Below are positions 22,831 to 36,499 of a stretch of 64,000 nucleotides of DNA, one piece after another. Numbering within the stretch: the first letter of the stretch is position 1; the number at the start of each line of letters is the position of its first letter. Position numbers and translations under genes: made by a program. The notes beneath the pieces are model-generated. The model worked only from the letters and a program-made list of their open reading frames with translations, had not been told where the DNA came from and did not search any database. Origin of the DNA: Leucoraja erinacea (lineage: Eukaryota); the NCBI RefSeq assembly GCF_028641065.1, contig NC_073384.1, positions 61,256,001 to 61,320,000 on the forward strand, read 5' to 3'.

Positions 22831-24209
22831 GACCCACTATGCATCGTGATCATTGTAGCATAATTAGCATTGTAGCATGATTCTGCAAACATCTGCTAAC
22901 ATGAAGTAAACATCTCCATTTCAAATGGAGTATATTTTAGTCAGTGTGATGTAGTTAGGGTACGAGCTGATTCAGAGCAAGTAGTTTTGGAATTGCTCAT
23001 CTCTCTATAATTGGATCCTCAACCTCCTCACATAAAAGATCACATTTAGTACAACTTGGCTACAACACTTACTCTTTGACAACCATCAACACAGGAGCAC
23101 CTGCAGACTGCTCTACTCTGTATGTTTTGTGCAACTCATCAACACTTCAACTACTCATGGGACAATATAACAGTCATGAAGTACTATTGCGCATTTTATT
23201 TTGTTTGTTCCTCTTAACTATTTTCTTACTTTTCTTTAATTCCCATTTCTCTCTCTCTTAATTCACATTTCCAATTTTATTAATGAGTGCAATTCACATT
23301 ATTTCTCAATTCATTTGATTGCCCATTCTTCGCAATTCCAATTTTTCACACTTCATTCCTGTCTTTCATTGGTCAAGGAGATCAACAATTGGTCACAAAA
23401 ACCCCCCAAATATGATGTTACAAAGTTCAAGTTTGCGACTCCTATCGTTCGATAGTATAATTGCAATTTTTGTGCCAATAATGTGGGCTTCAGTCACTGA
23501 ATATCTATAATTTCTATAGTGTTGTCATCTAACCAATACTTAGTGCAATAATATGTTTGAACGCTATAGCATGGAGGCAGCTGCAGGTCCATGCCTGGAA
23601 ACCTGTGGTGAACTGATATTCTGTTTTGCTCATGATGCTGTAAATCTCATAATCCTCAGTTTACCATCTGCGTGCTCATGACATGTACTTCCTGCAATAC
23701 AACATTATTTTGTTTTCCTTTCAAAACCTTGAAAGATAATCCCATGTAGCACAAACCATTTGTTGGATTTCACAGTGATGCATTTAAAGAGCTGTTCCAA
23801 AATGTATTTGCTGCTGTCCCTATCTTTAAGGAATCTATTGGAAATATTACAACAATCCTGTAGCTGTCATGGTCAGTTTTCCTACACATAGTTCATTAAT
23901 TATTCAATATTTTATTCATTTTCATATCTTGGCATTGCTGTCATTGGATCAATGTGCTCAGGATTAGCAGGATAATTACATAATTTTGACTGTATGCCAC
24001 AGAACAACAATAAGGTGCAATGGAATGTCTGACTGCAAATGTTGAAGGCACTTGGCTTGAAAGATTTTTCACCAAGTAAGCTATTAAAATAATTTAGCAA
24101 GTTTATTGTATACGCTGCAAAATTAGAGATTTATGGTCAGCACTGCTCTGATCTTCGCTTTGCCCAAGATCAGAGACAATGGGCATGGTGCCACAAATGG
24201 TCATAATTA

Positions 24210-24460
24210 AAGGTCATAAGTGATAGGTGCAGAATTAGGCGATTCGGCCCATCAAGTCTACTTCGCAATTCAACCATGGCTGATCTATCTCTCCCTCCTG
24301 AACCCCATTCTCCTGCCTTCTCCCAAATGACCCCTGACACCTGTACTAATCATGTATCTATCTATCTCTGTCTTTAAAACATCAATTGACTTGGCCTCCA
24401 AAGCATTCTGTGGCAAAGAATTCCACAGATTCAATACCCTCTGACTAAATATATTCCCCT
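24210..24460 (-). mobile_element. CR1 3' end fragment
   Basis: gaattaggc.attcggcccatc...ggcaaagaattccacagattca. Confidence 0.8.
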
Positions 24461-24534
24461 GCATTTTTAACTTTGATAACTGCCCAGTAGTTCCTCCTGG
24501 TCATGTGTATGTGCTGATATTGAAAGATAACAGT

Positions 24535-24960
24535 TTAGTTTAGAGCAAGTGGACACAGCATGGAAATAGGCCCTTAGGCCCATCGAGTCCACACCAACTA
24601 CTGATTATAGACACAAAATGCTGAAATAACTCAGCGGGACAGGCAGCATTTCTGGAGAGAAGGAATGGATGATGTTTTGGGTTGAGACCCTTCTTCTGAT
24701 TGATGTCAGGAGGGAGGGATAAACTGATTACTTGTTCACACTAGTTCTCACTTTAGCATCCACTCCCTGCACAGCGAGGGTCATTTAGAGAGGTTGATTA
24801 ACTTACAAACCCGCATGTTTTGGGATGTTGGAGAAAACTGAAGCACGCGGAGGAAACCTACACAGTCACAGGGAGAACATGCAAACTCCACAGAGACAGC
24901 ACCCAATGTCAAGATCGAACCCAGGTCTCCGACGCTGTGAGGCTGCAGCTCTACCAGTCC
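24535..24960 (-). mobile_element. HE1-like V-SINE interrupted by a 115-bp Penelope terminal unit (24608-24722, TSD actgatta)
   Basis: B box GGTTCGATCT near 24920, V-domain-like segment, CR1-like tail; actgatta at 24600 and 24723. Confidence 0.8.
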
Positions 24961-26339
24961 TCACCTGTAATTTCCTCTTTACTCAAAAATGTCTAAAATT
25001 CACCATGGAGATTTCAATGCATATAAATGGCCACTCAAAAAATATACTAAAAGACAAATACAGCAAGGTAACATTTTTCAAAAAGAAAAATGAGAAAGTG
25101 TTCAGTACTCCTGGATGGCAAACACCTTTCACAGCAGCTTCACGTGTGTTTTCAAGGCTGCCAATGGACAATTAAATCTTCTAGCTAATAAAACACCAAT
25201 GAAATTTTACCTTGAGAATGATTTGGCATCAGTCCACATAAACATCAACATAGTGGCTACTGACATTGGGATTTTGAAGGACACACAAGAACATAAAATC
25301 AGCAGCAGGTGGAATGTTCAAACATGTACACCCAGTGAAGTAGCAGTCAGAATAAGAAAAATACATTGACCCATGTCAGTTGCTTTGTGACTAAAAGACT
25401 ATTGGTACAGATCAGTTTATTGAACTGACTGTCGCTTAATTGAATCCACATTACTCAGTCACAATAATGTATGTTATTTGTCTACCCTTCTTGGGTGCTG
25501 ATGGGGACTTTGCAAATGCAAATTCCACCAAGATGGGTTGTTCTTCAATCGACAATTCATATTTTTGATTTTTTGGGGGTTTGAGGGAACACAGACAAGT
25601 CCCTTCTCTGCCCTAAGGGGCTTATCATAAAATTGGGAAATGTGCCAGAATTTTCTGTGCAGTCTGCACTAAAGGGCAAACAATGCCCCAGAACGTATGA
25701 AGATGCACTTCATGTTTAGGATTGTTGTTTTATGAGATGCACACTGGGTCCATTTTATGGGCATCCATAAATGAAACAGGATTGGGTGACCCTGCGAGCA
25801 ACACTTCATGCATTGAACAAATTATCTATAGTTTTCTTAAATAGTTCATTGTAACATCATTCAAATAAAAGTCAGATGAAAAAATATATATTTTTTCAAA
25901 AGTCATTAGTTTTCACACCAGTAGGTAAAACACATATTTCCAAGGCTCACAACATTTCCTGTTTGATTTAAGAGGTTGAAAGCAGCAACAGTTCTGATAT
26001 TCACACAGAGAAGGTTTTATTCTCCATGAATTACACGTAAAACATTGTAAACCCATACATTAAGAAACCCTCCATATGGTAATTATTCTAGAGTTCTCAG
26101 GCTACACAAGGCCACAGAAGAATATTCAACAAGCTACATGGCCAACTTGACATCCTGTTTTATGTTCCCACCAGAATTGATCCTCAAATGTCTCAAAAAG
26201 ACAAAGATTTATTTGGAGGAATTATGAGGACCATGGACAGGTCAGATTAAATATTCACCATGTTATGGCTTTAATACCATAAAATTCAATGCCATGGGCA
26301 TTGTGGGATACCTATATATAAATACATTTCAAAACTTGT

Positions 26340-28850
26340 CCTGCACATCTCCTTAAATCTTTGCCCCTGTCCCCATACATCTATATCCTCTAATATTTGA
26401 TATTTACATCCTGGGAAATAGGTTTTAACTATCCACCCTATCTATACCTTTCATATTTTTATATACTTCTATCAAGTCCCCTGCAACCTCTGCAATTCTA
26501 GAAAAAACAATCCAAGTCTGCACAACCTCTTCCTGTCACTATTGCCCTGTAAACCAGGCTTCATTCTAGTAAAAACTCCCCTACACACTCCCCGAAGCCT
26601 TCGCATCCTTCCTGCATTGGGGCGACCATAACTGCATGCAATACTCCAAAAGTGGCCGAACCAAAGTGCTACAAAGCTGCATCATGTCTTCCTGATTCTT
26701 GTACTCAATGCCCCGACCAATACAGACTGCACACCTTATGCCTCTTTACCACTCTATCAATTTGTGCTGCCCCTTTCAGTGAGTTGCAGACTGGGACCCC
26801 AAGATTCCTTTGCACATCAGTGCTGTTCAGGATCATGGCATAATTGTATATTTTTGCCTTACATTCAACATCCCAAAGTGCAACACCTCACACATACTCA
26901 CATTAAACTCTTGCTGTCTTAATCCCATTGTATACATTGACAGCCTTCCCAGTCCTCATAGTCCACGACCCAAGTATTCTTGGTGTCATCTGCAAATGTA
27001 CTAATCAACCCATTTAGATTTATGTCCATCAGCTTCGCCATATTCTTTCACCCTGCCTGCCCTTCCTTTGAGACTCACTGGTCCTGACTTCTACCTTCCT
27101 TTTGCTCCCTCCTTTGTCTGACATTCTATTCTGGTTCCCACTCCTCTGTCTCTGTTGTTTAATTCACCACACCACCCCCATGAGTTGCACTAGCAAACCG
27201 CCCTGCAATGATACTTCCAGTTCAGATGCAATCCGTCCCTCTTGTACTAGTCACCTCTGCCCCAGAAAATATTCCAATGGTGTTAAAATCTGTATCCCAG
27301 CCCCCATCACCTACTACCGAGCCACGCATTCCTCTATCATATCTTCCTATTCTTACTCTCACTGGACAGTGGTACTGGGAGAAATCCGGAGATTACTACC
27401 CTCGGGGTCCTAGTTTTTAATATTTTGCCTATCTCGCCCTGTTCACTCCGCATTTCTTTTCCTAACCATGTCATTTGTGCCAGCATAAATATTGACTTCC
27501 TGCGGCCCGCCCTACTCCTTGACAATGTGTTGCAGACACTCGGAGACATCCTAGACTCTGGCAACAGGGAGGCAACAAACATTCTGGAGATTTGTTGGCT
27601 GGCACGGAATCTCCTGTCTACCCCACTAACTAACGAGTCTCCAATCACGATGTCTCTGTCTGACTTTTCCCTTCCCTGCTATGCCTCAGAGCCAGGCCTG
27701 ACACAAGAGACTGGACCACTGCTGTGCTGCTCTGTCCAGACTGGTATCCAAGAGTATCCAAAAAAGTATACCTGTTGTTGAAGTGATCATCCCCAGAGGA
27801 TTGCTGCATTTTCTGCCTTCCTCTTTCCTGCTGGTCAGCCACCTACATTCTACTTGTGACTCACGCGTGACCCCCTCACAATAACTCTGATCTATGACAC
27901 TCTCACACTCCTGAATAGTCCTGAGGTCATCCAGCTGCAGCTCCAGTTCCTTTTCACAGTACCTAAGGAGCTACAGCTGAATGCACTTCCTGCAGATGTA
28001 ATCCTCAGTGTCACTGGAAATCGACCTGACTTCTAAAGGGGCTGTCCTACTACGGCGACCTAATCTGAGAGTTCAGAAGAGTTTTCCCTCGACTGATATA
28101 GGAGCAGGGAGGTTCTGTAGCATGGTAGACGCAATGTCCTAGGAGGTATTTGTAACTCTCCTTCATCCTCGAGGGTAGTCCCCGCGTACTCGAGGCCTCA
28201 GCTAGGTCGCGGCGTATTTTTCAACATGCTGAAAAATGCCCGCGAGTAAAAAAAGGCGCCATGGGAAAAATCTATATATTTTTTACTCGGTAGGTTTAGT
28301 CAAAGTAGGTCGCAGTAGGTCAGCATGTTATTCATAGGTAATCGTGGGTAGTCTAAGGTAGTCTAAGATAATCGAAGATAGTCTTCAGCATAGTCGAAGG
28401 AGATCGTAGGAGGTCGTCTTCACTCACCACTATTCAGTGTCCAATTTCCCCGATGCTAGTCGTCGCTAGTCTTCAACATAGTTAAAAGGAGGTCGAAGGA
28501 AGTTTTCCTCATAGTTGAAGGAGGTCTTCAACATGACACATTTTTCAAACTCTCTTCAACTCTTCTAAACTCGCCAAAGGTCGCCGCAGTGGGACAGCCC
28601 CTTAACATCCTGCAGGATACAATATTCCACTTGCCCTCTCTTTGACACCAAAACCTGGTAAACAGAATGCAACTTAAACTGCCGTTGTCCTTTGCTCAGT
28701 CCTCTCACTGAAACCACTTGAGCCAAAGCCTCAGCATTTACGCTCAAGTGCAGCACTACACCTCAAGGCAGCCTCTCTCCCTTGGCCACTCCCAATGGCC
28801 ACTCCCAATGGGCCACTCCGCTAAACCTTTCCTTCCTTTTGTTGGGCATT
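26340..28850 (-). mobile_element. Old, internally deleted CR1: 5' UTR and ORF1 (zinc finger, SGNH esterase) joined to the ORF2 3' end; split by a MITE
   Basis: YICRKCIQL near 27990, NNRYTFLDT, IGDSLV.G.DRR, then FADDTK near 26990 and QFWSP-type 3' motifs. Confidence 0.8.
28037..28602. mobile_element. PIF/Harbinger-type MITE
   Basis: TIRs aggggctgtcc(t/c)act(a/g)cggcgacct, 3-bp TAA TSD (28034 and 28603), internal short repeats. Confidence 0.9.
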
Positions 28851-30634
28851 GAGTCCATCAAATGTCTACCTTTTTTAAAAAATTGATAAAGCACCTTTTT
28901 TGACTTGCAAATAGTTATTTTCTCAACTCTCCCACCAAATGTTCAAAGAAGCTTGCCCTGCTCTGCTGTCAAAATGGCTGCTAACCAACTCGCTCCTCAA
29001 CTTTTGAAGATTACGAGGATCTTTAAAATCAGATCACACATAAGAAGCTCCATCAGAACAAAATTATATTGTGCTATACTTATTTTATGATGGTGAAGCA
29101 TTTGCATCTCCTGAAATTAAGCTGAATTCTGCTGACAGCTGAGATGTGATCATATAAATCATGTTACTTATTAAATCCTTACTGGATTGGCATCCATGTT
29201 GAAAAGGGATCCACTGCTTTTAGAATATGTGTTCACAAATAATAAGTCATCGGGTAAATGCCCAGCACAAAACAACTCACTTTGATGAGCTGCAATTTTA
29301 TTTGCTGATATAGGTGGAATCACTTTGCTGGTAAAGCTGCTAGCTTAAGATTATGCCTAAAATAATAAAAATATAATGGCTGTCATATAATAAAGTTTAA
29401 AATATTCACTGTTGGAGAATGTGGTAATGATAAATCCAATGAGGGGAAACATTTTCCTGACAGCCTTTAATGTGAAGACTTGAAATGTTACAATCAAGAA
29501 AAATATCTGAAGCTGCTCTGTTCACTTGGTAAGCTTATTCAATCAGCATGGGAGCAGGAAAGATGAAAATAGCCCAAAAGCTAATCACTGCTGCATGCTG
29601 ATTTGGCTGATTTTATACAGACTGTTAATGCAGGAGCTAATATTAGCTGCAGAAACCAGAATTAGGGAGCAGCAAAATGACAAATCTCCCACACTTGATT
29701 CCTATCCTCTTATGTAGTGGCAGATTGGGGATAGATTGGCGATCCATGGTCAATTTGCCCGAGCGTTCTCATTAAAAACTACCACTTGGATAATGGTGTG
29801 CAGAGGAATTGTGTTCATGGAATCAACCACAGGAAGAACAAAAAAAAACACTTTTGAGATAAAAGGGAGAAAATTGAGAAAAGGAAACATCAGGTTTTCC
29901 TTTATTAAACCCAGAAGACAATCGATATGTTTCATAGAAAGAAAGCAATGCAGTTGAGGATTTCAGCAACGACAAGTGCTGTGTTCTAAAATCCTTTCCC
30001 CAGATTATACTGAAGTCCATGACAGTTACTGAAATAAAAATACACATAATACTGCAACCAATTTAATGGGCTTCTGATTTTGCTGGTAAACGTCAGTGCT
30101 TCTCCTTGTAACAAATGAAATTGCATAGCAAAACTGCCTGCAAATTAATGAGTTCCATGGAAAGACTCAAGTATTACAAGTTATCGATCACTGTTTGTGG
30201 AAATATTTGGTCAACTTGTGTTGGAGAATCTCTGTTCATTTTGCTGAAGGAAAAGCCAGCAATGGACTGAGTTACGTACATTTTTAGTTCAATTTCTTTC
30301 CATGGTTTCAATTTATTTAAATGTTTTACAAGCTTTAAGAGCATTACCAGTAGCTCTTTTTTCATCAATGTTTTTTAAATATTTTGATTCCTGTAGTTTG
30401 AACATTTTATTTTGAAAGTCAGAAGTAATAGGGATTTATTGACAGCTTTAACAACCAGCTGAGCAAACGTAGGCATGGAGCAGCAGGATTTCCATCTGCT
30501 TCAGTTGCTTGTTGTCAGGGCTTACTCCACTCACATTAATCCCTCTCAACTCACACACATGCCTGCTTATATCTATATCTTAGTTATCCGACTAGTTTCA
30601 CTATCCTCGTGATTATTTTTCTGATTGTATGCTT

Positions 30635-30929
30635 CATTTTACTCCAGCAGACTACTCCAGGGTAGTTTGTAAATAACATGTTTCCTATGGCCTACAAGCA
30701 CATATATACATATACACACACACATATGAAATGCTAATACATTGTGAAAGTTCCTGTTGCTGCAATTTCCTGTAAACATTCCCATGGATCTGTGCATTAT
30801 GACTTTTATATGAATTATGCCCAGTTTCTTCAAGATCATAGCCTCTGTTGATGCCTGGTAAAATGCCTGTAGGCCATAGGAAACATGTTATTAACAAACT
30901 ACCCTGGAATGGTTTGCTGGAGTAAAATG
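30635..30929. repeat. Inverted repeat: 66-bp arms (5 mismatches), 163-bp spacer
   Basis: 30635-30700 versus the reverse complement of 30864-30929. Confidence 0.95.
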
Positions 30930-31305
30930 TTGGAGTAACTCAGTGGGACAGGCAGCATCTCTGGAGAGAAGGAATGGTAACATTTCAGGTTGAGACCCTT
31001 TCTTCGGACTGAGAGTCAGGAGAGAGGGAGACTAGAGATATGGAAGGGTATGGTGTGAGTACGACATATCAAAGCAGACAATGTTAAGGAAATGTAGAAT
31101 GGTTCATTGTTAGCTGAGAGGAAGGTAGCAATGAGGCATACAATCAGTAAAATGAATCAGGAGGATAGTGAAACTAATCGGAGAACTAGGATAAGGGGAG
31201 GGACTGAGAGAGAGGGAAAGCAAGGGTTACTTGAAATTAGAGATATCAAATTTCATACCACTGGGTTGTAAGCTGCCCAAGCGAAATATGAGGTGCTGTT
31301 CCTTG
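30924..31305 (-). mobile_element. Penelope 3' fragment
   Basis: aaaatgttggagtaactcag...cccaagcgaaatatgaggtgctgttcc (EQHLIFRLG). Confidence 0.85.
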
Positions 31306-32379
31306 TGTTACTTGCCTCAGACTATGGGCTAGACACAGAGACTAACTGATAAAACATAAGATTGGCTAATGACAGGTGCATCTCAAAACATGATCTAATT
31401 TCCCAGGCTATTGTGGAATATTACACAGGGAATTACATAATTTCTATGCATAACCCACATGGAAATAACATCACAGAACCCTATTTACAACCATAAAACC
31501 CAGATCAAATTTCCAGAGTGATAAACAAAAGTCATTCCAATTATATTCCATAATAGAGATAACTGGATTTCATGTTCATAGTTTTGAAATTTTGACACCA
31601 AAATACTTGATCACAGTCATGTATGCGTTTTGCCAAATTTGCCCTCCTAATTTCATTATGTATATTCTGATCCCCGCTGCTCCTCCTGGGATATATATGA
31701 TTGCAGTTGACTAAATATGACCCACAGTTCTGTCTTTTTCTTAATCAGTGCCTCAATTTCTCTCATCATCCAGGATTGCTTACATCCACCAGCCTTTCCC
31801 TACACACTAACAGGAATGAGCATACCTTGAACTCTCACTATCACATTTTCTGGACATCCCTTTGACTACAAAAAACTACTCTAATCAACTTTTACAAATT
31901 CCTGCTCATGTCATCATTTTGGCCTGACCCCAATTTAGAACTTTTATTTATTAAGTCGTGTCCTTAACCACAACTATTGTAAGGCAAATCAAACTGTGAT
32001 TTCTGGTCACAAAAGTCTCTCCCATGGACACTGCAGTTACTTGCCAGGCCCAATTCCTCAAAAGTAGGTCAAGGTCTCTTGTAAAGCTCCCTATTTTATT
32101 GCTTGGAGAAACTTTCCAGACCTTTATCTCACTTGTAGCAATTACAACCTGGAAATGAAGCTGCCATCCAGACCCATCCTTACCCTGGTGTTAAGTTATG
32201 GCTAAAACATCCCAGTCACACATGTGTATGGGTGCAACCATAACAACACATCCAAAAATATGTGCGACGAGGATGATATCTCTTAAACCAGGCTAAGGAT
32301 GGGTCAGGATTGATAGCCGAATTTTACACATAGCTAAAATGCCCTGAATTCATTAGTTTACCTGTCAGGCATCTTGCAT

Positions 32380-32850
32380 TGAAACCATCTTTCCTTGCTT
32401 CCTGTCATGATCATCACTATCCTGTCAACTCAACTTGTTCTCACTCTCTATTGGATATTGTCCCACTGCCAATCTAGTTTAAACCTTTCTGAGTACCACG
32501 AGCAAACCTGCCTGCCAGGATATTGGTTCTCCTCCAATTTGGGTGCAACACATACCTCTTGCACAGGTTACCTCTGCCCCAGAAGAGATCCAAGTGGTCT
32601 AATAATCTGAATCCCTGCCCCTCGTACCAATTCCTCCAGCTGTCCTACCTTCCTATTCCAACTCTTACCAGAAATTTGTATCCAGGAGTAATCTGGAGAT
32701 CGCTACCACTGAGGGCTTCTTTTTTTTAACCTTTTGGATAACTCCCTATATTTATTGTGCAGGTCCTTTTCCCTTTATCTCCCAATGTCATTTGTACCAA
32801 AATGCAAAATAACTTCCATCTGCTCACCCTCACCGTTGCAGATGACTAGA
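32380..32850 (-). mobile_element. CR1 ORF1 (esterase) fragment
   Basis: Parallels 27100-27500 (tgcacaggttacctctgccccagaagagatcc, gtaatctggagatcgctacc). Confidence 0.7.
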
Positions 32851-33459
32851 CGCACCACTAAGCCACCCACTCAATTCTACAAACTCACATTTTGTTACTT
32901 CTTATAATGAAGAAAGAAAAATGAAACAGCAGTTGAAATATGCAGCTAATGCTCCTTTTTGTACACCATCTGCAAATTTTACAAGGAATCCCCTACTGCA
33001 CTAAATCATCTAAATAAACGGTTGCAATATCACTCAAAAAGACTACCTGCCTCTATAGTATTTAGAGTTGCCAATGCATACAAATGAAGTGGGAATTAAA
33101 TTAGAACTAAAATGTCAAAGATTGAATGGAAAATATAACAATCTCTTGCTTGTGAAAGTGCTAGTTGGTCGACATGTGACATTCGGCAACAAGGGAATGC
33201 CAATTTGGAAATTCTACAATTGGAGCTCAGAGCCATTTACTCTGCATACACATAAACATTGTATGGTCCACCAGATTCTCAGCTGCAAGATACATTTGTT
33301 AAAAGACAGCCATTAATGTCACTTATTAAATAGCATTCATGATTTTAGACTGCACAGATGGATTTCATTTTAAAGTATTGGTATAAAATCACATACAATG
33401 TTTTCTAACCCCGATTGTTACCAAAAATCTATTCTTGGGTCTTCTTCCATTTATTGTAG

Positions 33460-33720
33460 TCATAGAATCATAGAGCAATACAGTGTGGAAACAGGCCTTT
33501 CAGCCCAACTTGTCCACACCGACCAACATGTCCCAGCTACACTAATTCCACCTGCCCGCATATGGCCCATATCCCTCCAAACCTGTCCTATCCATATACC
33601 TGTCTAACTGTTTCTTAAATGTTGAGATAGTTCAAGCCTCAACTACCTCCCCAGGCAGCTTGTTCCATACACCCACCACCCTTTGTATGAAAACGTTACT
33701 CCTCAGATTCTTATTTCAGG
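33460..33720 (-). mobile_element. CR1 3' end fragment
   Basis: catagaatcatagag tail, ggaaacaggccttt.agcccaact, WNKLP motif. Confidence 0.85.
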
Positions 33721-34099
33721 TCTTCCTTATTAATTTATAGATATAGAGAGTTATTAATTTTATTATTTGTTCAACAGAAATATTGACGGTTCATGATGGC
33801 ATTAAGAATTGTTTCCCCTATATTACTTTACTCTCTAACTATGGCATGATTCTAATATAGTGTTGTATTGTCGTCAGAGATGCACAATAGAGAACCATGA
33901 CCATTGGCCCACTTCTTCCATGCCAGCAATCATGTCTATTCACCTTTGTAACCACGCACATACATTTTAAACTGTAATAAAACATTAAAAATATATAATC
34001 TACAGCATGTTAATTATCACACCAAAGGAAGACTATGATTGCCAGAAATCATAACAAGTCATCTAGGTCTGTTTACCGTGGAGTTTGACTATTCAAAAT

Positions 34100-34510
34100 C
34101 AACAGTAACAAACAGCTTGACAGTTCTTCTTTGTGTGAAAACATTACTCCTGAGATCCCCTTTAATTTTCCTTCCTCTCACTCACCTTAATCCTATGCCC
34201 GCAGTTTTAGATCATTGGAAGCAGACTATGAATATCGATCCTACCTATGTCTCTCATTATTTTACATACTTATATCGTCAGCTCACAGCCTCCTTTGCTT
34301 CAGGAAAAAAAAACTTTGCCAATCCATTATCTACTGATTATTCCAGCTCTCAAATCAAAGTAACAACCAGGTGAATCTCCTTTGCATTCTCTCCAGCACA
34401 ATCACATCCTTGCGACCGTGTGGCAACTGGAAATGCGCACAATACTTCAAATGACTCTGACCAACATGTTGTATAACTGAACATGACATCTCATGACAAC
34501 TCTAACACTC
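34100..34510 (-). mobile_element. Old CR1 3' fragment
   Basis: caggtgaatctcctttgcattctctcc (ERMQRRFT) and gcgcacaatact (YCA.F). Confidence 0.65.
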
Positions 34511-35100
34511 AAGTTATGTTCTAAGAGTTAAAATGTTTGCAGTGGACCTGCATAAGTGAAGCTGGGTCTTGAAATGATGGCAATCCCAATGCACCATTAT
34601 GAAGGCAGACATATTATTATTAGTATATACAATTTTGAGACAGATCATCCAAAACGATGACCAACTAGTCTAGAACAAACTTTTTAATTTGGAAGACAGC
34701 TGGATGGCAATTGATCGCAATCGCTGATCTGGGGACTTCCTAACCTTCTGTTCACCATTCCTTTTCCACGCTGTTAGGGGCAAGGGAGCACCTGGACTTT
34801 ATGTCATTAGGCAATTTCTGCTGGCTGTGATCCAAGCTCCGGAAACTTTTTTGGCAGACCTGGACCTCAAAGTAATGCAAAGCTTCAGGCTAAGTGAGAG
34901 CCTTGGAAGAAACGGTGTCATTGCTCATACTGAGATTTGAGGTGTAGGCAGGATGTAGAGGGAATGTTGAGTGGGATGGAACAGAGCAAAGATAGGAATG
35001 TCATGTGGTGGATGAGAGTTTGGTTGTTGTGTGTAATTAGGAAGGAGGGGATCTATCAAGTGAGTGGTTGATCAGAAACTATATCATTAGGCCCGGTATA

Positions 35101-35974
35101 TCTATAATATTACTGAAACTCTCATCTTGTCCTCTTCCAGTTTGCGTTGTTTTTAAATTTGCACAAAAATGGTACCCTATATCACTAGGATTTCTCACCA
35201 CCTTACTCACCGTTCTCCTCTGCCCCAAGCGCACCAAGTTTTCCTCCAATCGGTGGAATATTAAAAAAGTTATGAAGGTTTAAAAAACCATGAGATCAGC
35301 AGATTGGTCTTCACCATGAAGGTAACGCCCCTTCTGGCACCCGCTGTCAATCACCGGGGCGAGGAGAATAAAGCCCCGGAGGCGGGCTGAGTCGGTGAGC
35401 CGTGCTGATTGAGTCCACAAGCCGTTCAGGCAGACAGAAGTGATGGGGAGTGAGCAGTGTGTGGGGAGTGAGCAGCGTGCGGGGAGTCAGCAGCAAGCGG
35501 GCAGAGAGCAGCGTGTGGGCAGAGAGCAGCGTGTGGGCAGACAGCAGCATGCAGCTGCTTCTACGGCGACAAGAACGACGAGCCGGGAGTTGAACTGGAA
35601 GCCTCTGAGTGAAGTCGGAGTGGGACCGGGAGCTACTGCGTGAGGCCGAAAGCTGAAGGTGTGGGGTGAGCAGAGTGCAGGGTGAGCAGAGTGCCGGGTG
35701 AGCAGAGTGCGAGCTGTGTCTGCTGCGACCACCCCTCCCCTTTCCCGCACCCCCTTACCTCTCCCACCGTTCCCCCCCCCCCCCCCCCCCCCCCCCATTC
35801 TCCCACCCCTCCTCCTTTCCCCCACACCCCCCTTCCCCCACACACCACCCCCACACCCCCCCCCCCCCACGGGTCCCACTTAGTCTACTCATAATGAAGG
35901 TGGACATCTTAAAAAAAAGGGGGGGAAACAGGCCTCCCATGTGACTGGGACCCAATGGGTCCTACTTAATATAG
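35101..35974 (+). mobile_element. Non-autonomous Helitron-like element with duplicated 3' end
   Basis: A|TCTATAATATTA 5' end, 3' hairpin ggaccc-aat-gggtcc followed by degenerate CTAG|T (ctac-t, atag-t), no TIR or TSD. Confidence 0.65.
35445..35712. repeat. Minisatellites inside the Helitron-like element (18-bp and 16-bp units)
   Basis: about 5 copies of gcgtgtgggcagagagca-like units; 3 copies of gggtgagcagagtgc(a/c). Confidence 0.9.
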
Positions 35975-36499
35975 TCTCATTATAAAGGTGGACATCTCAA
36001 AAAAAGGGGGCAAAAATAGGTGATTACCTTTGTTTTCTTCTAACATTGATAACACAAACAATTTCCAAATCAAAGATATTACCTTTATACCAGATTTTAA
36101 CCAAGATAAAATATTCTCAAACAAGGTCATTTCCCTTCAAAGGGCTTAATTTTTGGAAAGCCCATCTTCAAAAGGAGAAGGTGTACAGGCAGAATGAAAT
36201 TCCAGTTCTAATCCACTTAATGGACTGACGCAGCAAACTTGGCTTCACTGTGGTAATAGACTAATCCACTAAATTGTTCTTCCGGTCTCATTTGGTTCTA
36301 CTTTCTCTTCATTAGATGCAATAGCAGATAATCAAAGTTGACTTTTTGTCATGGAGGTGGTTTCACCAAATTTCCATCTGATTATGTGTGTCCAAGCAGG
36401 GGGTCCACCATGCCAAGCAATGGAATAATGAAATGTTTTGCATGTTGTATGAGGCCAGGGAGTTGGCGATCACCTATTGACAAAGGTAGTGGATTGTTT

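Noticed and set aside
28300-28535. CRISPR-like or regularly spaced repeat array
   Set aside because: Irregular short internal repeats of a MITE with no constant repeat-spacer structure, in a eukaryotic context
35347-35955. Overlapping Gly/Pro-rich and repetitive ORFs
   Set aside because: Products of minisatellite and poly-C tracts in a repeat element
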